A DNA stretch of 64,000 nt from Octopus sinensis. Taxonomy: Eukaryota. Every line of letters begins with the position of its first letter. The stretch's first letter is position 1. The DNA lies in contig NW_021825323.1 in NCBI RefSeq assembly GCF_006345805.1, positions 1,116,001 through 1,180,000 of the forward strand, written 5' to 3'. Of this stretch, positions 24,916-35,503 are shown piece by piece. The translations under genes were made by a program, and so were the position numbers. The notes below the pieces were generated by a model that was not told where the DNA came from, did not search any database, and worked only from the letters and a program-made list of their open reading frames with translations.

Positions 24916-27900
24916 TCCCCAATAAAACCTCGGCCTTCAGCAGGGATTTCCTAAGCCCATTTTTAACAATCCACATTGGTCAAAAACAACTCAAATAGTC
25001 AGTATATTTGTCAACCTATCTTATCTTTTTCTTTCATTTTATCTCTCCATCTATCATTTCTTTTTCTTTCATTTTATTTGTCCTTTATCTCTTCCATTTC
25101 TTTATTTCATTTCTTTCTGTCCATCTTTCTTTTCTATTCTTTTTTATACCTTTCCATCTTTCTTTTTTATTTCTTTCCTACGATGGCTATTTGCTCTTCG
25201 TGCAAAACTAGCAACGATCGGAAGAAAGGTAGATACTGTTCTGGCTGCAACAGTTTCTTCCACCTTTCGTGTGTTCGACTTTCCAGGCGCGTTTCAGCTT
25301 CTCTCATAACCTGGGACTGCCCTGTTTGTCGTTCTTGCAGGCCGGTCCCGGCCAACTGTCCGCTGGAAATCCCTGCTGAAAGTTCATCTCCGTCAGCCGA
25401 AGATGCTTTAAGATTCATCTATTCTTCTCGCTGTAACCGCCAAATTCCGGCACGGATACCGAAGGCAGCGAGGATTCAAGCTGCTCTCTCTTTGTCCACA
25501 GCTATAAACCGCGCTTTGTCATCTAATGACCAGTCTGACTGGTTACTCCTTTTTGGTTTTGCTGTTTTCGGTATTGGGATCCAACCTCCCGGCCCGACAG
25601 CGAGTCTAAAAAACTTTCTCCCGCATCGATTATTAAACAGCAACTCGCCCTATTCGATCATTGTACTTCTCTGTTTCCCTCCCAGTTCGATTCCCTCCAC
25701 TCTGACTCTCACAAATGTGTCGCCCCTTCTGTGGTTAACACTAAAACTTCCTCCGATTGCATTTACCTCCGTCGTAAGGTGAACAGCAAGCTTTTGGATG
25801 GCGATGTCCGTGGAGCTGTCAGACTTGTTGCCTCCTCTAACCGGCTTTTGTCCCCATCTCCTCCCGTTTTGTCTAATTTGAGATCCAAGCACCCCAGTCT
25901 TCCAAAAAACTCCCGCACCCAACCCGCTATCGATACAACCGCCCTTCCGCAACTGCTGGTTACCGCTTCACAGGTCGAGAAGGCACTGAAAAGTTTTTCC
26001 CCAAGCAGTAGTGGGGGTATAGATGGGCTGAAGCCCGGATACATTAAAGACTTGACTTTACCTCTTACTGCTGAGGCAGGCCTTCTCCTCTTGGAATCTA
26101 TCACCAATCTCTGTAACCGTCTTATCGGTGGTAATTTACCGGATTTTGCCCGAGCGATTTTCTTCTCGGCTAATCTCACTGCTTTAGGTAAAAAAGATAA
26201 CGGGGTCAGGCCGATCGCCGTGGGTAATGTTTTCCGCAGATTGGCCGGAAAGCTCGTTTGCCACGTTGTGATCCCCGAGTTGGTCCCGAAATTTTTGCCA
26301 GTCCAATTGGGCGTCAGTGGAGGGTGTGAATCGGCTGCCCATGCCGTAAGAGAACTTATGGATTCTTCATTGGAATATCTTTTAGTTAAACTTGACATAT
26401 CAAATGCGTTTAACACAGTGAGACGGGATCATTTGCTCGAGACCTGCCTTTCTCTCGCCCCCTCCGCCTATCCTCTGGTCCACCTTTCGTACTCACAACC
26501 CAGCCTCCTCCTGTTTGGCGATTCCTTTATCGTCTCATCGACCGGAGTGCAACAGGGAGATCCCCTGGGGCCTTTTCTATTTGCTATGTGTGTCAACTCC
26601 GTCGCTCATTCTGTCCGCTCTCCGGTAAATATCTGGTACTTGGACGACGCGACGATTTGTGGACCTCCCCGCTCTGTCTTAGACGACCTGCGGAGCATTA
26701 TCCCGGCCCTTTCATCCATCGGTCTGGAGATAAACTCAAGCAAGTCCGAAGTCCTAAATCTGAATATTCCTTCCGATTTTTTTGCCGAAACTCTGGACGC
26801 CCTGGAACCTATTCTAAAAGGCGCGCGGGTATCAGAAACAAAGGACCTTGTAATCCTTGGTTCGCCAATTGGTTACGAGGCCCTCTCACAAACGCTCATC
26901 GCCAAGGCAAGCAATCTGTCAAACATGATCGAACGGCTTTCCCTCATTGATGCCCACGTCGGGTTATTTCTTCTGCGTAACTATTTCTCAACTCCGAGGC
27001 TTTTGTACACCCTAAGGAGTTCTCCTTGTTTTCGCATGCCTAATCTGTTATCCGATATCGATTCTATCTTGAAGTCTGGAGCCGAGTATCTGTGCAATAT
27101 CCATTTCGACGCTCTGGGGTGGCTTCAATCTTCTCTGCCTGTTAATCTTGGGGGGATTGGCCTTCGTTCGCCCGTTTATCTGGCTCTTCCTGCCTTCCTC
27201 TCGTCCCTGGCATCATCCCGTGCCCTCACTGACATCGTTCTCAGAAACCTTCCCGAACGAAAAATGTCAGTTGATCACGTGGCCGCTCTGGACCTTTGGG
27301 ATTCTGCGTATACCAAAAGACCTGCCGACCCATCCGTCCAGGGTCAGTGGGATCCTCTGTCCTGCTTCAGAGTCGCTATTTCTCTGCGTCCGCGTTTGAA
27401 GATCTGCGAAATCCACAAGTGCCGCTGTGGGGCCATGATCGACCAGTACGGTCTACACCCTCTTTCCTGCAGACGCAGTGCTGGGCGGGCACCACGCCAC
27501 ACAGCCTTAAATGACGTTGTCTTGAGGGGTCTCAATGCTGCCGGTATTCCATCAATCCTAGAACCGGCTGGGCTTGCTAGGGGAGACGGAAAAAGACCTG
27601 ACGGTCTATCCACCTTCCCCTTTGAGTTCGGCAAGTCGCTGATTTGGGACGCGACATGTTCAGATACTTTCTCTGAACCTAATCTTCCCTTGTCAGCCGT
27701 CGCAGCCGGTTCGGTGTCCCTTAGAACAGAAAAGCTTAAGATTGCGAAATATAGAGAACTCTCGGAGCGATATCTATTCGCCCCTGTTGCTGTCGAGACT
27801 TCAGGGGTCATTGGGGAAAAGTCTTTGACTTTCCTCTATAAGCTCGGACGTCTGATCTCTCTGAAGAGAAATGACACACGCGAGACGGGCTGGCTCCTTC

Positions 27901-28050
27901 AGAGGATTTCCCTTGCCATCGTACGAGGAAACTGTTTCTCCCTCTACGAAGCGGGGAAGTCCTCTAACTAACTGTAGTTTCATTTTGATTTTTCTGGTTA
28001 AAAAAAACATTAGCAAATTAAAAAAAAAAGAATACTAAATTAAAAAATTA
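24916..28050 (+). mobile_element. Near-full-length CRE-like RLE non-LTR retrotransposon (3135 bp)
   Basis: 8-bp TSD CCGACCCC (24908-24915, 28051-28058), TC-rich 5' UTR, PHD-RT-RLE coding region, A-rich tail. Confidence 0.9.
25183..27971 (+). CDS. PHD finger-reverse transcriptase-RLE polyprotein (one frameshift near 25600-25740, in-frame deletion before the RLE knuckle)
   Basis: C4HC3 PHD motif CSSC..CSGC..FFHLSC..WDCPVC. RT motifs RPIAVGNVFRRL, KLDISNAFN, GVQQGDPLGP, WYLDD. RLE motifs HKCRCG..HPLSC..RH..RPDG..WD..K..KY. Confidence 0.85.
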
Positions 28051-28895
28051 CCGACCCCGCTTATTAGGACTAAAATTTTTATGCATTATATTATTTTAAA
28101 TTATAGCGTGTAGTTTACTGGTCATGCCAAAAAAAAAACTTTCTCGTGCTTTAAAGAAAATTTTTTTTGAAGCGTTGGTAAACTCCATATTTGAAAGGGA
28201 GATATCCAAGATGTATAAAGTTGGGAAGGGAACAGTATCTAGAATAAAAATGGAAACTAAACAAGGATTTGATTCTTATCCTATTATTGACGTAGTCCTA
28301 TAAAACAACTATGAATCAGATCTATCGTTGAAACTCGATCGTCTGGTTTTTGAACTTCTTAGAAATCTGAGGCAAGATGGAATTTCAATTTCGGGATGTG
28401 TAATTAAAAAAATTGCCAGAAATATCGCGACTCGGGTAAATTTTAACAGTTTTAATAGATGGCTAGATAGACCGCTTTAAACAAAGTCATGAACTATCTT
28501 TTAGAGCAATTTCTAGTGAAAAGAATTCCTCCGACAAAAATTCAATTAAAAATTTTTAAGAAGAGTATGATGACTTTATGAATAAGTTCAACATGGAAGA
28601 CATTTTTAATTGTGACGAAACCTGCCTTTTCATTAAGAAGAATCAGAATAAATTATTTGTCATTATAAATGAAAATTGCTTTGACAATGAAAATTGCTCC
28701 GTCTATGTTATTTTATTAAACGTTAAAAGTTAAAACCTTTGATTATTATAAAGAATAAATCACCCCGATGCCTTAAGAACTGAGGATTATGAAGTAATTA
28801 TTTTAAATTATAGGTTATATATGCGTTCAAAAATTTTTTCAAAAATTAAAAGAAGCATGGAATCGAGTAACAAAAGACGCATTAACTAATTGTTT

Positions 28896-29539
28896 ATTTA
28901 TTTATAACCCCCAAGCTTGCACAACATGGCAAGCCCAGCACAAACAGTCACAACTAACTAATCAAATGAAGGAGCAAGGAACGAAGGGATTGCTTGTGCC
29001 GATCAACATTAGCCTCCAAATCTTCATTACAGCCATCCGTCTCCAAAGAGAGGTGGGGAAATTCTGGTATGCCCAGTTCCCATTTGTAAGCCTCCTACCG
29101 TAGCTCACCGCACTTCATTTGAATCCGGACGGGTTTTTGCATAATGGAGATTCTTCATCGGTAATGTGATCAGGGGAAGGTAGGAGGTCCCCCTTTCGAC
29201 ATCTGTGTCGTGCCAGATGGACTCATCACCTCACGGGTGGGGAACGTTGACAAGATTTGACCCCGGCTGAAAACTTGGTTCCATAGGATTCGAACCAACG
29301 ACGTTTGAATTCCAACATCCATAGTCTTCAGCCAACTTGGCTTAGCGTGGCGTTACGGGGTCCACCATGTCAGTTGGAAATTCCTTCGGATATGGCAACG
29401 CTCAGGAGGCACTTAATGCCTACCGAAAAAGGACTCTTAGCTTCTCAGACCCTGGGACATCGTCGTCTCAGGCCGATCTTGCGGGAAGGATTGAACCTTT
29501 CAGAAGGATCTCCCTCGTTTGGATCGGCGATCACGGGAA
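28896..29539 (-). mobile_element. SINE-like insertion with an internal tRNA-derived segment
   Basis: 13-bp TSD TAACTAATTGTTT (28883-28895, 29540-29552) and (ATAA)n tail. A-box-like TAAGCCAAGTTGG and B-box GGTTCGAATCC at 29344-29286. Confidence 0.6.
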
Positions 29540-30284
29540 TAACTAATTGTTTGAATAAAATAAATAAATTAATGATTTTTAAATTAATCAAAACATTCGA
29601 TATGAACTTTTGGAGACTTATATTTCAGATGTAATGCAAATAGAATTTGATGGAACTGAAAATGACTCTCAATTTTATGATGTGTGTGATACTGAAATTG
29701 TGAATTATAACATCAAAGACACCATGAATATACTGAATATTTTAGAAAATTCATTATTCAATTTATGTCCCAAAGCACTTAGTGAATATTATGTTTTCAA
29801 AATGAACGTCTGCAAGAAACTGAGGAAAAAAAGTAATATTGGATGGAAAATTAGTGATTACTTTTTCTAATTGATAAATAAAATGGATTTTCTGATTTTT
29901 AAATGCTATTTTATTTGAAGAACTTAAAGAAAAAGTTGGAAAAAAGTATAAATTATCATACCCTCTATATTTGGGGTAGGGGTTCAACTGTAGATGTGAA
30001 TGCAAGTATTGATTCTAGTGCAGTTCTATTCAAAATGAAAAATTCTTTCTTCATCTGAAACCTAAAAATAAAAAGTAATTATTCACGAGAATATTACAAT
30101 CCAATAATGAAGTACATTTTAAAATAATCGAGACCTATTTGTTTTAGATACAAATTAAAATTACAGCATAGAATGCTTTATCTTGGGATTTATTAAACCA
30201 TTCAAGTTTTGGCTGTGAATCAAATTTCGTTCTTTTGACTTAAAATATTCATGTGAGCAACAATTTTCTGGTATATGTCATAAC

Positions 30285-30834
30285 TAGGGCAACCAAAAGT
30301 CATATAAGTCATATTATTTTTTATTGGTATAGATTGTGATGAATGCGAAAAATGCTGTTAGCTCTGAAAATTTGGAGAAAAATCTGGCAGAGTTAATGGC
30401 TTCATACAACCCTATTATTGATGAAATCAGAAAATGCCAAGAAAAATTTTATACAATTAAAGATGCAATTGAATTCATTGATTCCGTTAATTTTGGTGAG
30501 GATAATTGTGACATCAACAAGTATTTTTTAAAGCGGATAAGTATGTTACCATGGACGAATATTAAAAATGCTAGAATTTCTAGTATTTCTCCAGAAACAT
30601 TTATTTACTTATGGAAATGTCCTTCAACATAAATATCTGCAGAAAGAAGCTTTTCTATGCTGATAAATTGCTCGAAAAGGATAGAACTTCAAGCCAGAAA
30701 ATATTAAATATTATATGATGCAATATTATAATAAATTCATTGATTGAAGTTATATTTTAGAATTTTAAAGTCATAAAGTCATATTTTTTACGATCATATT
30801 TAACTTTTTTAAGGTCATATTTCTGGTTGCCCTA
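30285..30834 (+). mobile_element. 550-bp non-autonomous hAT derivative
   Basis: TIRs TAGGGCAACCA / TGGTTGCCCTA, perfect 8-bp TSD GTCATAAC, internal dimerisation-domain remnant (CPST*ISAERSFS). Confidence 0.9.
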
Positions 30835-31099
30835 GTCATAACAATAATACTAAGAAGTCTAAAGACTTTAAACCTGATAATTACTCATTTGCATTGTATG
30901 CTAGATCGACATTTCCTTTTTTATTAATACATTGTGTTTTTAGAAAAGTAATAATTTTTTGACAAAAAACTTGTAAAAATATGTTGATTGTCCGCAAATT
31001 TTTTTATTCACTCACAAAGGACCCAAGTTTGAAGAACGGGGCAAGTATCAGAACAAGGAAATAATGTTTGGATTCATTAATTAATGAATTAATTTTTTA

Positions 31100-31320
31100 T
31101 TAAAACGGAAAAGCCGAAAAAAGAGAGAGAAAGTTAATGAGAAAACGTATGCCTCTTCTACGTTTTTTCCCTCTTTTTTATGTTTAATTAGAGATTCGAG
31201 AGGAAAAGGCTCTTTCAAGAACACTTCCAACCGTTTCCGTCGCATCTTCCATCTTTTGATGGCATATCGTCACGTCTTTTCGAGCTTAGAGATAATGCCA
31301 TCCCTCTCAGCAGTAGGATA
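31100..31320 (-). mobile_element. Small degenerate LINE 3' fragment related to the 1076-1826 family
   Basis: IISKLEKT*RYAIKRW resembles LIEQLEKTRRFAMKW in the 1217-1636 ORF. Confidence 0.45.
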
Positions 31321-31475
31321 CCAAGTTCATTAATTAGAGACAAAGTAAAAACTTTTTCTCTTTAATCAACAATTTTCTAAATAAAAAAATGTTAATTTAT
31401 ACTATTTTTTATTTAATAATTTAGAAAAGTGGATGAAAATAAATTCATTCAAATAAAATATTTATCTTATCCGGT

Positions 31476-32100
31476 AAAATTTAATTACAGTCAACCCTCG
31501 TTAATCCAAAAAATTTAAATCGACTTTCCCTTCTGATTTCGAATTATGAAGGAATCTAAAATTTATATGATTGTTTAGATAAATGATCAAATTAGTGATC
31601 AAATTACTAATCTGTTTATAACACAATTATTTATTGAAAAATCGAATAAAGTTCTTTGTATAGTGTTTTTTTAATTAATTTTTGTAAATCATCCGAGATG
31701 TGTTTCAATGTGTTCTTTACAGTATCGTTTGTTATATTTGAGAAAAGCAATTTGAACAATAATTAAACAAATAACTGGTCATCCAAGCTTTTGAATTTCA
31801 TAATAATGACAGTATTTTCTAACATTGAATCCTTTGAAACACCTTGGTTCTTGCTGTGTCCAATAACAATTCTGGGTCAATTACTGTCAATTTTTCAACC
31901 ATCTTTTGTCTATGTGCTGAACATCAGCATCATCCATTGAATTTGCTTCTCCGTGAATACTTTTAATTTCAAATTGAACCGATTTTTGAATCTATTTTGT
32001 CAAAATTCCTTTGCTTTAGTAATAATTTCATCTGTCAGCTAACCGTTAATAGCATCCATTAGAATATCCATTCTATCAATGAATTCTCAAGCAGATAATG
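31476..32100 (-). repeat. 625-bp duplicate of 34609-35241 (pogo end) flanked by a 29-bp direct repeat
   Basis: ATTCAAATAAAATATTTATCTTATCCGGT at 31447-31475 and 32101-32129. By eye the copy differs from the source only by nine 1-nt deletions and one 1-nt insertion. Confidence 0.9.
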
Positions 32101-32129
32101 ATTCAAATAAAATATTTATCTTATCCGGT

Positions 32130-32653
32130 GAGGATGTATGAAGCCTTGTCAAACCAATCCTGACATATAATTCGGCGACCTGGGGAATGTCTAGTACTGA
32201 ACAACGTGGACTCGATTCTTTTCACCGCAGGCAACTTAGATCCCTACTGGGATTGAACTGGCCTATAAGAATCAACCAGGAATCGCTATACAATAGATGC
32301 AGAACTGGCCCTCTGAGTGTGGAAATCGTTAATATGCGGTGGAGGTTATTTGGCCATATTCTACGAATGGACATGCTTGCCCCAGCTAACATAGCAATGG
32401 AGGGCTACTTCCTGAAAGAGGGATCGAGCTTCCGTGGACGTCCACGTGTTACGCTGCCGGAAACACTTGACGGAGACCTGAAATGTGTGAAGAAAAGGCT
32501 AAGGAGTGGTGAGGATCTGGACGAGCTGAGGAAACTCGCTCACGACAGAGGAGGTTGGAGGAGGCTGGTTCAAAGGATTGTTTTTAATGCTGCACGAGTA
32601 AAATTATAACTAATATGATTCTACGTATGTTGCAAATAATAATAATAATAATA
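32130..32653 (+). mobile_element. 5'-truncated RTE-clade LINE
   Basis: LTYNSATW..LDSFHRRQLR..WP..MRWRLFGHILRM..RGRPRVT..AHDRGGWR; (TAA)n tail. Confidence 0.88.
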
Positions 32654-32706
32654 TCCGTAATCATGATTTCTGCTTTTGGTTAGTATTTTAATTTGACTAA
32701 TTTTAG

Positions 32707-33250
32707 TTTTTGCACTCACCCTCGTATCAGCAAATGTTTTTTTGTAATTTAAATATATTTTAGTCCATACAAATACACTATCAACTCAATGTATTGTTTT
32801 AATCAACATAAAATTAGGAATCTGAATTTAATCCTGCCAATATCGAATGTAGGAAAGGCACATATGCATTTTTCAGATTTCTGGTACAAACAATAAAATA
32901 ATATTAGTTTTCTCATTTCCAAGTCGAACTTCCTTCACATTTACTATCAAAATACTTCTGCGAATCCTTAAATCTGTCTATTTCGAAAGAACAGAAATCA
33001 TCGAAATGTAATGTTTGCATAGAAACTGTAGAATTACTTCAATCCCAATTTTTTCGAGTATTGACATAGTGTTATCTGATTAGAAATATATTGACAGGGT
33101 CGTTCAATTAGGGTGTAAAGTACTTTCAAATTACTGTCTTGAAATCCAAGAAAACGCAGATTACTTTCTCGGGCTTGAACCCCGATATCCTTGTCAGGTT
33201 CTTCAAGTTTGTTGATTTCTTCCTTGTTTTTTCAATTTCTCTCGATTGAT
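32707..33250 (+). CDS. Probable unidentified multi-exon gene fragment
   Basis: A run of GT...AG micro-intron-like segments alternating with open exon-like sequence. Frame not resolved. Confidence 0.3.
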
Positions 33251-33499
33251 TTTAATTGATTAATTTTGATGCAATTAAAACTGCATATATTGGGCAATAT
33301 TTTGCATTGATTTTAGAGATAAATTAAAAAAAATTGATTGACAAAGAAAGTCTTTAATTTTGACTTTGAGTGGAATTGATACGGGCTGTAAATCTAGCAA
33401 ATCTGTCGAGTTTGTGTTAGTACTCAATACGACACTGCATAAAGTTTTAGGATTTTACCTCAATAATTTTTGTTCATTCAATTAATTAAATAATAAAAG

Positions 33500-33830
33500 C
33501 TAGGATTACTACGTTCCATTTCCGTGAAGACAAGCCTTTTGTCTGGGATGTCACATTCTCTCAAACTGCCCTTGTCGGAGACAGCTGGGAGACATGTCTG
33601 TTCTGAAGCCAAACTTCAAAAAATCAAAGTACGCCTCTCTTCCGAACAGTGTCATACATGCGTTCAAATAGAGTGGTGTCATTGATGAGAACAGAAAAGC
33701 ACTCTTTCAGGATATTTAAAATGATTTTGAAACGCACTTTGAAAAAGAGTGAGACGTTTTAGCTTTTCTAATGAATCTCATGACAATCCTAAAAGGGAAA
33801 TGTCTGGCTATCCGACGGATTTTTCATTTC
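33500..33830 (+). mobile_element. Highly degenerate CRE-like RLE remnant
   Basis: GLLRSISVKTS / PFREDKPFVWDVT-like and K..KYASL-like remnants. Confidence 0.55.
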
Positions 33831-34149
33831 TGAAATAATTAAATTAAATTTGTCTAGTCATGGCTGTCGAGCATCAATCATTCGCAAAAATAATATTTTT
33901 CATTAATAATTGTATCAAACATTTGTTGATTTTAATCTGAGGCTGGATTTTTTATAGAATGATCCTCAATTTTCATACATGCTTTCTATTTTTGTCAACG
34001 CTTGTGGGACGACATCAGTCAGAAAATTTGGAACAACTCTGGACCAACAGGTTTTTGCATGTTTCAACTCCGTGTTAATAATTTTTTACTTTTTAAGTAA
34101 CCAAAAAGTTTTCTTTTTAAAGTTAAACGTGAACCCATCGAGTTCAATC

Positions 34150-34490
34150 GGTTTGTCAGAAGGTGTGCATTAAGGTGGATTCTTCCATACGCATCTCGAT
34201 TGTTTCCCAGCACAACAAACCCGATATTGTGGTCCACGACAAGGTCACCGGGAGATTTTTATCGTGGAGATGGGCATCACGTGCCTAGACAGTTTACAAA
34301 CAGTGGAAGTGGATAAAAAAAAGTATGACCTCCTTGCAAACGAGCTAGGACTGATGTACCAGTGCAAAGTTCATGTCATCCCGTGTATGACAGTGCCAGA
34401 GAAGAGGAAGAAGAAGGGGAAAAGGTGCGTGGAGTGCCACCCTCTGCTCACTTCGAAGGCTCTGGACTTAGAAAAATTACTTAGTTAATT
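34150..34490 (+). mobile_element. RLE non-LTR fragment, same family as 11900-12420
   Basis: HNKPDIVVHDKVT..IFIVEMGITCLDSLQTVEVDKKKYDLLANELGLMYQCKVHVIP. Confidence 0.75.
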
Positions 34491-34620
34491 AATTTCTTTT
34501 TTTATTAATAAAGGTTAAGGTTAAACCATTTATAGAAAAATTATTTTAAATTCAAATATTATCAGATCAGAGGAAAATTTAATATTGATGAATTATTACA
34601 ATTTATCAAAAATTTAATTA

Positions 34621-35400
34621 CAGTCAACCCTCGTTAATCCAAAAAATTTAAATCGACTTTCCCTTCTGATTTCGAATTATGAAGGAATCTAAAATTTATA
34701 TGATTGTTAGATAAATGATCAAATTAGTGATCAAATTACTAATCTGTTTATAAACACAATTATTTATTGAAAAAATCGAATAAAGTTCTTTGTATAGTGT
34801 TTTTTTAATTAATTTTTGTAAATCATCCGAGATGTGTTTCAATGTGTTCTTTACAGTATCGTTTGTTATATTTTGAGAAAAGCAATTTGAACAATAATTA
34901 AACAAATAACTGGTCATCCAAGCTTTTGAATTTTCATAATAATGACAGTATTTTCTAACATTGAATCCTTTGAAACACCTTGGTTTCTTGCTGTGTCCAA
35001 TAACAACTTCTGGGTCAATTACTGTCAATTTTTCAACCATCTTTTGTCTATGTGCTGAAACATCAGCATCATCCATTGAATTTGCTTCTCCGTGAATAAC
35101 TTTTAATTTCAAATTGAACCGATTTTTGAATCTATTTTGTCAAAATTCCTTTGCTTTAGTAATAATTTCATCTGTCAGCTAACCGTTAATAGCATCCATT
35201 AGAAATATCCATTCTATCAATGAATTCTCAAGCAGATAATGATTTTTATAAGTATTTGAGCTCTCACTATTTTTCCAAATTATTAGAGAGCTAGGTGTAA
35301 AAGATGGAATAATTTACAACTGTCATTGCTGAAATAATTTAAGAGAAATAGAAATGTCAGAAGATAGATTCATTTTTAAAAATTGATACAATACTAAACA
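34621..35400 (-). mobile_element. Internally deleted pogo/Tigger element
   Basis: TA|CAGTCAACCCTCGTTAATCC TIR; KVIHGEA, IGHSKKPRCFK and YYENSKAWMTSYLF segments. Far end approximate. Confidence 0.78.
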
Positions 35401-35503
35401 AATTTACAATTAATTTAATAATTTAGGATTATGCCCCTATATTCTTTATGTTTATTAACTAATTAATAATTCATTAATTTCGTTATTAAATAGTGAAAAT
35501 TGA

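Larger units (their letters stand above)
24904..29990 (+). mobile_element. pogo/Tigger-like remnant (TA duplication) hosting two retro-insertions
   Basis: TA|CAGTCCGACCCCGCTTATT left end (reconstructed) and GGGGTTCAACTG|TA right end. DIFNCDETCLF at about 28600 and C-terminal ..KISDYFF* at 29870. Confidence 0.78.
24579..30276 (-). mobile_element. Old hAT (Charlie/Buster-like) remnant split by nested insertions
   Basis: TIR CAGTGGTTCTCAA at 24579. Removing 24904-29992 restores the transposase C-terminus ...NRTALESILAFTSTYHCEMAMSCLTFLKTKYRYRL. The far boundary is uncertain and may extend past 30843. Confidence 0.8.

Noticed and set aside
24976-25182. Hydrophobic N-terminus of ORF 24976-25782 as a membrane domain
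   Set aside because: It is translation of the TC-rich 5' UTR from a TTG start; the plausible ATG is at 25183.
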